Source: an uncultured delta proteobacterium (GTDB taxonomy: Bacteria > Myxococcota_A > Polyangia > Polyangiales > Polyangiaceae). Taken from it: a stretch of DNA of 64,000 bases. Positions 1 through 11,906 of this stretch are shown here, in pieces; the stretch's first letter is position 1; the number at the start of each line of letters is the position of its first letter. The notes beneath the pieces were generated by a model. The model was given only the letters and a program-made list of their open reading frames with translations. It was not told the origin of the DNA and searched no databases. The DNA lies in assembly GCA_963850305.1 (NCBI GenBank), contig CAWKKR010000008.1:384001-448000 (forward strand), given 5' to 3'. A program made the translations under genes and the position numbers.

Positions 1-1161
1 GTACAGGTCGTCCTCGAACTGCGTGTTCATGACGTCGGCCTGGATCTGGAGCGACCAATCCGACGGGGCGATCTCCGGACCGAGGCCGTAGCTCGCGCCG
101 ACGCCGCCGCCGATCGTGACGAGCGGCCCGAGCTCGCGATCGCCAGTGCGATACCGCGGGAGCTCCCAGCCGCCCGCGCCGTACGTGGATACGTACGCCC
201 GGTCCCGGAAATACACGCCGTTCTGGACGTTGGCGCGGAGCCTCGGCCAGAGGGTGAAGCGGTTCGAGAGGTCCACGAAATAGCGGGCCTCGGTGGTCGT
301 TGCGTGGAGCCCCCACGTGTCCGTGTAAACGCGTTCGTCCACGCGGATCGTCGAATGCTCCATGCGGTATCCGAAGCGGGCCGTCAGCGCGACTCGCTCG
401 CGACTGTCCGGAAGCTGCTCGAGCGGACGCTCGGGAAGGCGGAGCGCGTTGACCATGGAGATCGACTCGCCTTTTGCGATGCTCGGCGCAACGTCCGCGC
501 TGAACATGGGGATGTAGCGATACGGCTTTGACTGGTCGCCCGTCTCCACGATGAAATCCCCGATGAGCGAGAGCACCATGGCGCGGTTGAGCGTCAGCGT
601 CACGCCGCCCGCTATCGTGTGCTGGAAGAGCGTGTGCGAGAAAACATCGAACGGCGTGCCCGTGCGGCCGATGGTGTCGTGATCGAGCGCGTAACCGAGG
701 ATCGCCGTGTGGCTCTTGTCGCCGAAGTCCCAGAGGAAGTGAGCGGCCGCCGCGATGGACCGATAATCGGGCTCGCGCGACAGCGCGGCAGAAGCCTGGA
801 TTCCGACGTCGCGAGGCTTGTACGTCGCGGCGAGCGTGCCCGCCTGGCGCACCTCCGTCCAGCGCTGCGACGCCGTCGAGACGATGTCCACGGAGGCCGC
901 GGAGATCATGTCGACGAGATACTGCCCCCGCACCTTCCAGCGACCCGCCCGGTCCGCCACTTCCGCGATCGCCACCGGCGTCACGACGGTGACGTGATCC
1001 GTGTCGGCGTACGTCGTCGTCTGCGCGCTGGCTCGACCGATCACGGAGCTCGGCTCGGTGCCCGCGACGTCCGCCGGGGACGAAGCCTGCGCGTGCGAAG
1101 CATTGCCGATCGCCGCGCAGACGACGGCGATCCCGAGCGTCCGCTCGAGTCTCAGTTGCAC
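1..1161 (-). CDS. DUF3570 domain-containing outer-membrane protein (3' end outside window)
   Basis: Manual translation from GTG at 1161 (MQLRLERTLGIAVV...) contains GGQYLVDMISAASVDIVSTASQRWTEVRQAG, typical of DUF3570; start overlaps the stop of a DUF4266 gene, the usual pairing. Confidence 0.8.
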   Translation of the reverse strand, partial: MQLRLERTLGIAVVCAAIGNASHAQASSPADVAGTEPSSVIGRASAQTTTYADTDHVTVVTPVAIAEVADRAGRWKVRGQYLVDMISAASVDIVSTASQRWTEVRQAGTLAATYKPRDVGIQASAALSREPDYRSIAAAAHFLWDFGDKSHTAILGYALDHDTIGRTGTPFDVFSHTLFQHTIAGGVTLTLNRAMVLSLIGDFIVETGDQSKPYRYIPMFSADVAPSIAKGESISMVNALRLPERPLEQLPDSRERVALTARFGYRMEHSTIRVDERVYTDTWGLHATTTEARYFVDLSNRFTLWPRLRANVQNGVYFRDRAYVSTYGAGGWELPRYRTGDRELGPLVTIGGGVGASYGLGPEIAPSDWSLQIQADVMNTQFEDDLY

Positions 1162-1376
1162 CCGCACCCGCTCGCGGCGCCGATCGCGCCGCCGGTTGCG
1201 CCCTCCTGAACGTGGTTCACGTGCGCTGCCGCGGGTCCGGCCATGTCCGTCATCTGCATGGTCGGGTGCGCCAGGCGCTCGCGCTGGTACGGCGCAACGT
1301 GCGCGCACGCGCCGCACATCGCGACGGATACAACGACGAGCAGGGTGCCGAGCATAGGGGACTTCGGCCAGGTCAT
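1152..1376 (-). CDS. DUF4266 family small lipoprotein
   Basis: Lipobox-like GAC, then VAPYQRERLAHPTM and C-terminal GCGCN. Start uncertain (1376 or 1355). Confidence 0.85.
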   Translation of the reverse strand: MTWPKSPMLGTLLVVVSVAMCGACAHVAPYQRERLAHPTMQMTDMAGPAAAHVNHVQEGATGGAIGAASGCGCN

Positions 1377-1490
1377 CGAGCTAAACGCGATACCCGACGT
1401 ACTCCGCGGCCACCGGCTTACCAGGTTTCGCAGCACGATCGCCCTGGATGTACGCGTCCCCCGTGCGTCACACGGGGGACGCCACGCGGT

Positions 1491-2331
1491 TCACGGCACG
1501 TTGATGTAGAACGCCGCGTGACCGTGCGGCGAGTCATCCGGATCGTCGCTGCACTCCTCGTAGAAGTGGAAGCGGATGAGCCACTGACCCGGCTCGTCGA
1601 ACACGAGCGGCCCGACCTTGTAGACGTCGCTGAACGTGAGGGACCCGATCGTGTACGGACCCGCGGACTCTTCAGTCGGCGTTTGAACGGGTGCGTTCTG
1701 GGCGAAGTGAATCGTGTGGTCGGACTCGATCTTGTAAGATTCCAGGTACGGCGCCGCGCCCGTGAGCGGCCCGCCACCGACCGTCTTGGTCGCGCCGACC
1801 GTGAACGTGACGTTGCTGCTCTCGCAGATCGGCGTGCTCTCCCACGCGACGTGGTACTTGCAGTCGTCGTCATAGGCGACGGTGCCGTTGTGCGTCGGCC
1901 CGTAGTCGCCCCCGGCCGTCACGATTCCGGCGTCGCTCGGAGGACCGGCGTCGAAGTTGGTGACGCACTGGCCGGTGACCTGCGTCATCAAGCCCGCGTC
2001 CGTGCCGGCATCGGTCAGCGCGGCGCAATGCGTGTCGGCTGGACCCGTGGTGGGACCCCCGGTGCACATGCCGCCGCCGCCGTCCATCACCATGCCGCCG
2101 ACACCGCCCATCGCCATGCCGCCGACACCGCCCATCGCCATGCCGCCGACACCCGCCCGTTGCCGCCGAACCGCCGGCACCCGAACCGCCCGCACTCCCG
2201 CCGTCAGTGCCGTTGGTATGGTTGCTACTGCTGGAGCAGCCGCTCATGGCCGCAACAGCGACGATCGTGCCGATGCCAAGCGCGCAGAAAGTCCGCCCCA
2301 CAAGAATCCGCTCAGAAAAATTTCCGACCAT
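1491..2331 (-). pseudogene. Gly/Met-rich lipoprotein with C-terminal YtkA/FixH-like Ig domain (one frameshift ~2153, likely sequencing error)
   Basis: N-terminus with lipobox MSGC in ORF 1870..2331 joins frame 1491..2195 (GPLVFDEPGQWLIRFHF...HGHAAF); extra C at 2152-2154 relative to neighbouring 24-bp repeat units. Confidence 0.65.
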
Positions 2332-2489
2332 GAAAGAACCTCCGGTTCTACCGTAAGTGTGGGAGTGTTTATGACACGGTCGGCGAATCTCGGACCTGCG
2401 GCAATTTGTCGCCCTGGGGTGGATGAGGCATCCATATGTAACTTCCGCCGCAGTCGGGCGTAGAGAGCGAAGAGCGAGAAGTCAGGAAG

Positions 2490-3047
2490 ATGAATCCCCG
2501 CATCAACAGCGTTCTCTCGACCGCGCTGGTGTTCGTCCCTCTTGCCGCCGCGCTCGCGTGCGGAAGCCGGGACGGGACGTCGAAGACGTCATCAGCCGTC
2601 GAGCCCGCCGCGGACGCGGGAACCGCGGATGCGGGAACGGCGGATGCGGGTGCGCAGGTCCCGGCGGGGCCGACATTCCCCGCAACCGCCCTGTCGACCT
2701 TCTCGACGACCGCGAAGGATCTGACGATCGCGCTGCGGACGAGCCCGCAGCAACCGCCGCTCGTGGGCCCCGGCTCTTCCGCACAGTTCACGATCACCGA
2801 CGCGAACGGCGCGCCCGTGGATGGTCTCCAGATTTCGATCGCGACGTACATGCCCGTGATGGGGCACGCCTGCACGCCGGTGTCGATCAAGGTGACGGGC
2901 GAAGGCAACGGCCTCTACGTCGCGTCGCCGATCGATCCGAGCATGCCCGGCGCCTGCGAGCTCATCCTGACGCTGTCGCGCCCGGTCGCGGACGGCGGCA
3001 AGCTGACCGACAAGGCAACCAGCCCGCGTTTCACCGTCGCACAGTGA
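2490..3047 (+). CDS. YtkA/FixH-like lipoprotein
   Basis: Lipobox ALAC, DAG linker, ITDANGAPVDG...YMPVMGH...GNGLY...SMPG pattern of YtkA-like domains. Confidence 0.7.
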   Translation: MNPRINSVLSTALVFVPLAAALACGSRDGTSKTSSAVEPAADAGTADAGTADAGAQVPAGPTFPATALSTFSTTAKDLTIALRTSPQQPPLVGPGSSAQFTITDANGAPVDGLQISIATYMPVMGHACTPVSIKVTGEGNGLYVASPIDPSMPGACELILTLSRPVADGGKLTDKATSPRFTVAQ

Positions 3048-3059
3048 CGGGGCGCCCCG

Positions 3060-6000
3060 TCACGCCGCGCCGAGCTTCTCCAGAAACGCCTTCGCGTCGG
3101 CGAAGTCCGGCTCCTGCGTGAGCGCGCGTTTCGCGAGGAACACAGCCTTCTTCGCGTCGCCCTTCTGCTCGGCGATGATTCCCTGACGGAGATAGGCTTC
3201 CGCCTTCGACATCGGCGCTTCACCCTTGAGCAAGGTGATGGCCTGGAGCGCCTTGATCGCGATGTCGTGCTCCCCGCGCTCCATCGCGATGACGGCGAGC
3301 TCCGACGCCGCGGCGCCGTTCTGGCGATCGGTCTGTACCGCGGCGTCGAGCCAGGCAAATACGGCTTCCCAGTCGCCGGCGAGCCTTCCGACGCGAGCCA
3401 TGGCGTGCTGGAGCTCGGCAAGCTCCGGGGACCTCCGCTTGCCGAACCCATCGATCGCTTGATCGAGGATGTTCGCGGCGTCCTCAATCTCGCCGAGCGC
3501 GCCGAGCGTGTCGGCAAGCTTGATGATGATGTGGTGCTCGTCGGGACGCAGGGCGTTGGCGCGACGGAAGGCTTCGACCGCCGTTCGTTCGCCGCCCGCG
3601 ACGCGCAGCGAGAGATCTCCCGCCTCCGCGAGGCGTTCGAAGCGTACCTTGTCGTCCGAAGCCTGCTCGGCCTCGGCGATCATGATGCTCGCGAGCTCCG
3701 CATACTCGCCCGCGGCCTCGTACATCCTCCGGAGGCGTGCGCGGAGCATCTCGTCCGAGGGCGCGCGCGCATACACTTGCTCGAGCGCCGCGCGAGCTTC
3801 CAACGGCGTGCCCGCGCGCTCGCTCGCGTCGGAGAGACGGACGACCGCGTCGATCTGGTCCGGACCATCCGTGATCTCGACGAGCCGCGCATAGGCCTTC
3901 GAAGCCGCGCTCCACTTCTCGGCGTTGGCGGCGAACTGCCCGAGCCCGCGTACCGCCTCCGCGTCGTTCGGGTGCCCCTTCACCCATCCGACGAGAAGCT
4001 CGAGTCCACGTCGCTGGTCGCCGGCCCTGGGCAGAAGGCTCGCCAGGCGCATCGTGGCTCGTCGCTCGACTTCCACGTCGTCCTGCTCGCCGGAGAGGAG
4101 CCGCTCGGCTTCCAGCAGATCGACCAGATCCGATTCGAAGCCGCCGTCCACGAGCCCCATCGCCTGATCGAGGTCGGCAATCGACGCGTCGAGGACGGGG
4201 ATCTCGTAACCTTGCACCTTCGGGCGCAGGCGTGCGCGCTGCGCGAGGAGGCGCGCCCGTCCCGGCGGCGGTACGGAACCCGATGCGAGCGCGTCCGTCA
4301 CGACCCCGAGCGCTTCCGCGGGTCGTCCCGCGTCGAGCGCGGCGGTGGCGAGCTCCTCCACCAGGCCGAGATCGCCTGGAACGAGGTCATGCGCTTCTGC
4401 CAGCAACTCGACGGCCCGCCCGCCGTTGCCGAGCCGATCGCGCCAGAGCCGCGCCGCTTCACGGAATTGCTCCACGGCCTCACCCGGATGCTCGCGGTGC
4501 CTGGCGTCGATCGCGAGCATCCCCGCGAGTCCCTCGAGGTCGTCGGCCTTCGTGTACCACTCGAACAGCCGCTCGCGAACGCCGGCGCTGTGTGGATTGG
4601 CCTCATAGCCGCGACGGAGCGCGCGCTCGAGGGCAACCGGATCCTTCTCGGTTTCCGCGATGGCCGCAAGCTCCAGCGCGAGCCGAACTGCCGCATCGCC
4701 CGTCTCCACGTCGAGTAGCCGCTCCATCACGAAGACGCGGTCTCTCGCGTCGTCATCCGGGCCGTAAAGGCCGAGCAGGGCCTCGAGGAGCGCGCGATCC
4801 GCGGGCGCGTACTCGAGGGATTCGCGGTAGAGAGCGACCGCCGCGTCCCTGTCGGTCGATTCCAGATTCTTGCCGATGCGGAGCGTGAGCGCAGCGACGG
4901 CCGCAGCGTCCTTTCAATCCTTCGCCGCGCCCAGCTGGCGATCGAGCAGCTCGTTCAGCTCCGGAAAGCGACCTGCCCGCTCGAGAAGCTCCGCGAGGAC
5001 GACCGAGGCCTGGACGTGGTCCGGATCCTCGTCGAGCACCTCGCGCAGGACCGTCTCCGCTTCGGCATGGCGAGCCGGGTCCTCGAGAAGAATGCGGCCG
5101 CGCTCCATGCGCAGGTGATTTCGCTCGGCCGGGTCGTAGACGGCCTCGACCGTCGTCGCGATGCAGGCTTCGAGCTCCGGGAACGCGCCGAGACGCCGGT
5201 ACACGTCGAGCAGCGGCTTCCACACACGCGCATCGGCCGGTTCGTCGCGGCGAAGCCTCTCGTAGACGATCGCGGCGCGCCGGAGATCCCCGAGGCTACC
5301 GGACGCGAGCTCGGCGAGCCTGAGCCCCAGGTCGAACGCGTCCGGTCCGCCGTGGCCCGCCGCTTCTTCCAGAAGATCGGCCGCCCCGGCAAAGTCCTTG
5401 GACGCTTCGCGAAGCGCGGCGAGATCCACCAGAGCGGGACCCACGTCGCGCAAGGAGCCCCTGCGGCGGGCGGCAGCGACGAGCCGTTCGAGAAGCATTC
5501 CGAGGCGAGGGTCGTTCTTCCGTCGGGCAAGGTCCGTCGCTTCCGACAACTGTTCGACCGTCGCATCGTCGAAAGCCGATGCGCGGGCCAGCGCGTCGAG
5601 AAGGACGTCGTCGCCTCCCGCGGCGCGAGCCACGCGCTCGTAGATACGCACCAGCGCCGGATCGGTCGGGAATCCCTGGACCGCGTTCGCGAGGAGCGGC
5701 AAAGCTCGGTCGTAGTCCGGCGCGCGATCCAGAGCTTGCCCCAGGATCATGGCTCCTTCGGCGACCGTCTCCGGCCGGGTGAGGTCGATCTCCGCGAGCC
5801 GGTAGAGAGCTTCATTGCGCGGCGTGGCGTCGGTCTCGTCCTGGTCCGACGACGCGACGAACTCGCGAAGCGCGCGGGCCAGCCGCTCGAGATCGTTCTC
5901 GGACACGACGCGAACGATTGCTCGATACGCGCGAAGCGCCCGGCGTCCGGTGGACAGCGACTCCTCGTAGTACCCGGCGGCACGCGTCGGCTCGGACAGC

Positions 6001-9000
6001 TCGTTTTCCGCCATCGCACCGAGCCGCATGAAAAGGTCGCTTGCCAGGAGGGCGTCACGTTCGCGCTCGGCGGCGGCCAGCTCCGCGAGACGCGACATGT
6101 AACGCTCCACCGCGTCGGCGCGCACCGCGAGATCGTGGGCGGACGACAGGAGCTGGACGGAGCCCGGGGTCTTTTCCAGCGCGCCGAGCAAGCTGTCCAG
6201 CGCTTCGCCGAGCCGGCCCGTCTCGGCGAGCAGATCCGCGCGCGCGACGAGAATGTCCGCCGCGGCCGCGGGATCGGTGATGCGCTCGAGCCGCGAGTCG
6301 AGGACGCGAAGGACGAGATCGGTCTGACCCGCGGCGCGCAGGGTTCGTTCGAGCCGGAGCGCTTCGACGTTGTTCGCGGCAGCCGTCTCGAACGCGGACT
6401 CGAGGAGATCGTTCGCACGATCGGATTGGCCCTGTTCGAGCGCCATCTGATGAAGCTCGAACATCACCTCGCTCGCCACGACGATTTCGTCATCCGCATC
6501 GTCGGCCGGCAAGGTGGGCGGCTGCTGGCGCCGTACGATGAGCAGCAAGGCTCGGTAGGCACGTTCCGCCGCGTCGAGCTCGCCTCTCTTTCTCGCCACG
6601 TCACCGAGGAGCTTCAATATCTTCGGGTCGCTTCGCTCGATGCTGGACGCGGATTCGAGCTGGGCGTGCGCCTGATCGAGATTGCCTTCGGCCTCTGCGA
6701 TCCGGGCCAGGTGATAATGGACCGCGGCGCGCTCGGGTGTCCTCCTTCGTCCGAACTCGGCGAGCATCGCGTCGAGGAGCTCGCGCGCCTCGTCGAAGCG
6801 GCTCGCGCTGCGGAGTGCGTCGGCAAGCGCGAGGCGTACCGAGCGATCTTCCGGCGCGAACACGACGGCCTGCTCGAGGAGCGGGATCGCCTCGCGGAGC
6901 GCACCCAGCCTTCGGCGATGGACCTGCGCTGCCTGACGCAAGAGGAGCACCTTGTCCTTGGCGTCCGATGCGTACGCGACGCCGTCGGCGAGGAGCGGTG
7001 CGAGGAGCGGCCATTCCGCGCCTTCGCGGTAGAGCTCGGCGAGATACTGCCGGAGCTCGGTCGCCGCTGGGTCTGCCTCCAGCGCGTCCACGAGCCGCGA
7101 CCGGGCGTCATCCGGGCGCCCCGCGGCGCGATAGCTACGCGCGAGCTTGCGCACCGTGACGCGGTACGTCTCCACGTCGCCCGGCCCGCGACCCGTCCGC
7201 TCCAGACGCTTTTCGAGCCAGCCCGTCGCCGCTCCGTGCTCGTTGCGCGCCGTGTGAATGGCGGCGAGCGCGTCGAAGACCCGCGCCGACGGCTCGAGCG
7301 CCGCGGAACGCCGGTAGGCGTCGAGCGCCCGATCGACGTCCCGCAACGGCTGTTCCGCCAGCGCGCCGGCACGAGCCCACAGCGAAGCTGCGGCGGACGC
7401 CTCGCCGGCCTGCTGACTTTGCTCCGCTTGTCGCACGAGTTCCGAGTGAAGCTCGCCGTGGCGGTTTTCTTTCTCCAGGATCTCCACCAGCGCGTCGATC
7501 GACGGAACGTGCCCGGGGCGGTCCTCCAGATTGTCGCGAAGGGCTGTGACGCGTTCGCTCGTGGCGCCGCCAACTTCGCCGAGGACATGCGCGATGTCGA
7601 GTCGAAGAAATAGTCTCCGTTCGACGTCGGGCCGGAGCTCGAGCTCGCGCCGCCGCAGCTCGAGAAGTTCGTCGAGCCGCCGCTCCCTGGAGAAAATACC
7701 GGCGAGGAGCGCGAGAGTCGCACAATCGTCCGGCGCTTCCGCGAGAATCCCGCGACACAGCTCGACGGCCCGCGGAGCGTCGCCGAGGCGCTCCGCGACG
7801 AGCTCGGCGGCGCGATAACGAAGCCTCCGCGAGGCCTCGCCGGGGAACGGCAACGCGGCGCCCCGCTCGAGCAGCTCCGCGGCGGCCCTGGGATCGTTCG
7901 CGGCCAGCAAGAGCTGCGCGAGAGCGTCGATGGCCCACTGCGCGTGGTGTGCAAACTCGCCAGTGCCGGCTCCGGCGTCCGTGGCCCGCTTCCAGCGAGA
8001 GGACGCCGCGTCGAGAATGCGCTCGAGGATCGGCCGGGAAAGCTCGGGATCGCCGACGGCGTGAAGGGCCACCGTGGCGGCTTCGTGGAGGGTGTCGAGC
8101 TCGTCGTCCAGGGTCGCGGCGAGGCGGAGCAGTGTGCCCACTAGCGGGCGCCCGGGGCTCCGGCGTTCGAGCTCGGCGAGCATCCGCAGCGTGTCCCGGT
8201 CGACCTTTTCCGCCGAAGCCTCCCGGAGAGCAGCCTCCGCGGCGTCGGGATCGTCCCGATGATCGCGATGCCAGATGGCAAGCTTTCTCTTGAGATCATG
8301 GGCGACTGACGGCGTGAGCGAACGAGCGTCGGCGATGGCTTTCGCGGTGGCGACCGTCGCGGGTTCCCAGCCGGCCAACGACGTCGCCGTCGACTCGAAC
8401 GCCGACTCGACTTCGTCGCCGATCGATTGCCGCGCTACCGCCGACCGCACGAATGCTCGTGCCGCCACGTCCCAGCGTCCCGACAGGCCGCCGACACGGA
8501 CGACGGCCACCGCCGCCGGGAGCGCGGCCGGCTTTAGCTCCGCAACCTTCTCGTACGAGCCGAGGGCCCCCACCGGGTCGCCCAATCTCTTTTCGAGGAC
8601 GGCGCCGTGCGAGAAAAGAAGCTCGGCGCGGCGGTCGTCGTTCTTCGAAATGGCGATCGCGTCGGCATAGCCATCCGCGCACGCGGCCCAGCCATCCGTC
8701 TCCTCCGCAAGGCGCACCAGCTCCGTCTCGACCGCCGGATCGCCGAGGAGCGCAAACGCCGCTCGCACATAGCGAAGCGCCGCCCTCTTGTCGGACGCAC
8801 GATGCTCGAGAAGGCTCGCGGCCTCGAGGAGGACCTCCGAGCGGAACGCGTCGTCGCGCGCACGTTTCACCCGCCGCTCGACGAGACCGAGCGTCCCCTG
8901 CCACTCTCCGGCGTCCGTGTAAGCCTTCGCCAGTGTCTCTGCCGCGAGCGCACCCGCCTCGGCGTCGTCGAGGAGCTCGCGCAGCCCGGCACGCGAGCTC

Positions 9001-10913
9001 TCGTGAACCGGGAGAACGTCCAGTGCTTCGCGGTAGGCCTCGACGGCGCGCAGCGGCGCGGCGCGCTGCGTCCGGTAAACGTCGCCCATGCGACCCAGGT
9101 GTTCCGCGCGAAGGTCCGGCTCCTCGACCTGTCGCGCGGCCTGCCTGAGCAGCGCGGTCACGTCCGACCAGCGCTCTGCCGCCGCGGAGAGATCCGCCAG
9201 CGCGTTCACCGTCTCGCCGCCCGAACCGAACTCCGTTTCGATCCGATGCCAGGTGTCGATCGCGGCCGGAAGATCTTCGAGCTCCGCGCGCTGAACGGCG
9301 GCGATGCGCACCAGGTCCGCGCGGCGCGTCGCCGGGTCGGTCGATGCATCGTGGCGGCGTCCGAGTGCCCCGACGAGCGCGTCCCAGCGACGGTTTGCGT
9401 CGAGGATCGCCACGATGGCGTCGAGCGCTTCGGGGTCCCGCTCGTCCTTCGTCAATCGCTTTTGCCAGAGGGTCAGCGCTCGATCGGTGTCGCCGAGGTC
9501 TTCCGCAAGCCGCGCGGCCTCGCCGAGATGGCGACGCCGCTCGTCTTCATCCGGCTCGAGGACGCTGCGACGTTCGAGCACGTCGAGTCTCGCCCTGCGG
9601 TCATCGAGTCCGACGAGCAGCCCGGTCAGGCGCCGCGCGACGTCCAGGAGCGAAGCGTCGTCCGCGGAAGGGTCCGCGAGGACCTTGGAATAGAGGTCGA
9701 TCGCCGCCGCCGGATAGCCGAGAAGAGAGTCGTAGGTTTTGCCGGCATCGAGAAGGAACTCGATGCGAATCGCCGCCTCGGGCGTCGCGGCCGCGGCACG
9801 CACGAGCGCCTCCGCATAACGATCGGCCTTGCCGGCCTTCTCGACGAGTGCGTGAAGCGTGGCCTTCACTTCGCGCGTCGGCGAGAGAACGAGCCATTCG
9901 GCGGCGTGATCGACCGCGTCGGCGAAGCGTCCAGCTCGCGACAGCAGCTCCGACGCCTCGCTCCGGAGTGCGACGCGCTCCTCGCGTTCATCGGCGACGC
10001 CGAGAAGCAGGATGATTGCTCGGATCACGTCGTCCGAGCGGTCCGCGGCCGCGAAGCGGTCCTTCAGGAGACCGAGCGCCGTCCGTCTCGTCTCGAGGGG
10101 CGACGATGCGGACATGCCGATGCGCTCGAGGAGCCGAGCGGCCTGCGGTTCTCCGCCGCCGGTCGCCAGGATCTGACGAACGACGTCGAGGGCGGTGCCG
10201 GCTTCCGTCAGTTTCTCGAGCCACGTCTCGGCGATGCGGACGCGCGTCAGCAGGACCTCCGCGGGCGACATGACCGAGAGCCGCGCGGTCCAGACGTCGA
10301 TGAGATCCCGGTGACGTTTCTGGAGGAGGAGACGCCTCTCGAGCGACTGCGCGAGCTGGGCATCCTCGGGCCGCAGCGGGACGAGTTGCTTGAGGTACGA
10401 GATGGCCCGGTCCGTACTCCCGGCGAAGTCCTTGGCAATGCGCGCCGCCTCGTCGAGCAGCGTCTTCTTCTTTTCGCGGTCGTCGCACGCCGCCAGGGCG
10501 GCGTCGTAGATCGCGAGCAGATCGTCCCAGCGCTCCGCCATGGTGAGCAGCAGCGACAATCGTTCGAACGCCCATTCCGCGTGCGCATCGAGCACGAGCA
10601 CGCGCTTCAGGATCTCGATGACGAACGCCGGGTCTTCGAACCACTCGTCGTGGAACGCGACCGCGCGTTTGCCCAGCGGTTCGACGAGCGTCGGAGCGAT
10701 CTCGCGCGCGAGCAGCTCTCGATAGAGGAGCGACACGCGATCGGGCCGCTGCGTCGACCGCGCGGTCTCGTCGAGCTCGTCCCAGGCGTCTTCGTCGGCC
10801 GGGTCGGCGCGCACCCGCTCGATGAGCGCCACCACTTCGCTCGACAGAGAGACCGGGGCCGATTCCTCGACGCTCGCGTCGCTCGCGGTCTGGGGCGCGT
10901 CTTGACGTTTCAT
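3060..10913 (-). CDS. Very large TPR-repeat protein (AgmK-like), ~2617 codons, interrupted by one in-frame TGA at 4914-4916
   Basis: ORFs 4914..10982 and 3060..4730 share a frame; the intervening sequence is open (AAKD*KDAAAVAALTLRIG...RVFVMERLL); helical TPR-like repeats throughout; likely ATG 10913. Confidence 0.8.
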
Positions 10914-11075
10914 CCGTTTTCCGAGGTCGAGGGGATCTCTGACGTAAAGCAAGAGATTCAAGCATTTATCTCGGCATGACAAGCGCTCCGCACACGAAGA
11001 GCGCCTGAGCCCGGGATGGCGAGCGCCACGTGCGGTTCACGAAAACTCGGTCGGGCTCCGTCCGTTCAGTGTCGC

Positions 11076-11714
11076 TCACTGCCAGGCGAACACCGGTTGC
11101 TCGTAGTGAGCCACGCGTGTCGCTCGTCCGAGGAGCGTCACTTCGCGAAGCTGGAAGAGGATTGCAGCCGTGGGCGCGTGCACGAGCGTGTCGAGCTCCG
11201 GAAGCGGGACGGCGATCAGCGGGCGCGGACTCTCCGGGATCGCGCGCACCACGGGCACTTCGGGCGCATCGAGCTGGGACAAGGGCACGCGGTGAGTCGC
11301 GGCGACTTCCGCCGGGTCCTCTCGGAACGGGCCACGCCAGCTTACCCATACGACGACCGGAGTGATCACGAAACCGGAACGCGTCTCGTAATCATCGAGG
11401 AAACCGAGGACGTCGGCGCGCGTCGCCGAGACTCCGACCTCCTCATACAGTTCGCGCAGCGCCGTATCCTCGGGCGCCTCGCCGGGCTCCGCGCGTCCTC
11501 CAGGCAAGGCCCATTGGCCGGCGTGGCGCCCGGGTCGGCTCGCGCGGCGCGTCAGCACGAAGCAAGCTTCGTCCGCGTCGTTCGGCACCACCGTCGCGGC
11601 GACGGCTGCGCGCGTCAATCCGCGCTCCGGCAGAGGCCGCCGCTCGAACGCAGCCAGGTGCGCCAGCGCCTCCGACCGCAGCCCATCCGAAAAGAGTCTC
11701 CGGGCGGTCATCAT
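11076..11714 (-). CDS. NUDIX hydrolase, CoA pyrophosphatase-like (NudL/PCD1 family)
   Basis: LTRRA...HAGQWALPGG upstream motif plus Nudix box GRAEPGEAPEDTALRELYEEVG. Confidence 0.9.
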   Translation of the reverse strand: MMTARRLFSDGLRSEALAHLAAFERRPLPERGLTRAAVAATVVPNDADEACFVLTRRASRPGRHAGQWALPGGRAEPGEAPEDTALRELYEEVGVSATRADVLGFLDDYETRSGFVITPVVVWVSWRGPFREDPAEVAATHRVPLSQLDAPEVPVVRAIPESPRPLIAVPLPELDTLVHAPTAAILFQLREVTLLGRATRVAHYEQPVFAWQ

Positions 11715-11881
11715 TGGACAGCCGCGGCTTGCTCACGGGCTCGTCGAAGCAGGTCCTCGATTCCGAGCGAACGTGGCCAGCGCTCGACGTACGCCCCATC
11801 CAGGAGCGCCTCGACTTGGCGGGCGGCCGGGGACGTGTCGTTCACGAGCCGAAGATACCCGATCCGCCGAACCGATCCCAT
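11711..11881 (-). CDS. Small hypothetical protein (56 aa)
   Basis: MGSVRRIGYLRLV...; fills the gap between formyltransferase and NUDIX genes; stop overlaps NUDIX start (ATGA). Confidence 0.45.
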   Translation of the reverse strand: MGSVRRIGYLRLVNDTSPAARQVEALLDGAYVERWPRSLGIEDLLRRAREQAAAVQ

Positions 11882-11906
11882 CAGGCCGGACCCGACGGCA
11901 GCGTCA

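Noticed and set aside
4914..4916. Selenocysteine codon
   Set aside because: No redox Cys context and only a weak GC hairpin downstream; an Arg CGA origin is simpler.
5016..10979. Long plus-strand ORFs (865 aa, 790 aa) and similar antisense ORFs such as 28019..30646
   Set aside because: Shadow frames of real genes in high-GC DNA; no recognisable motifs.
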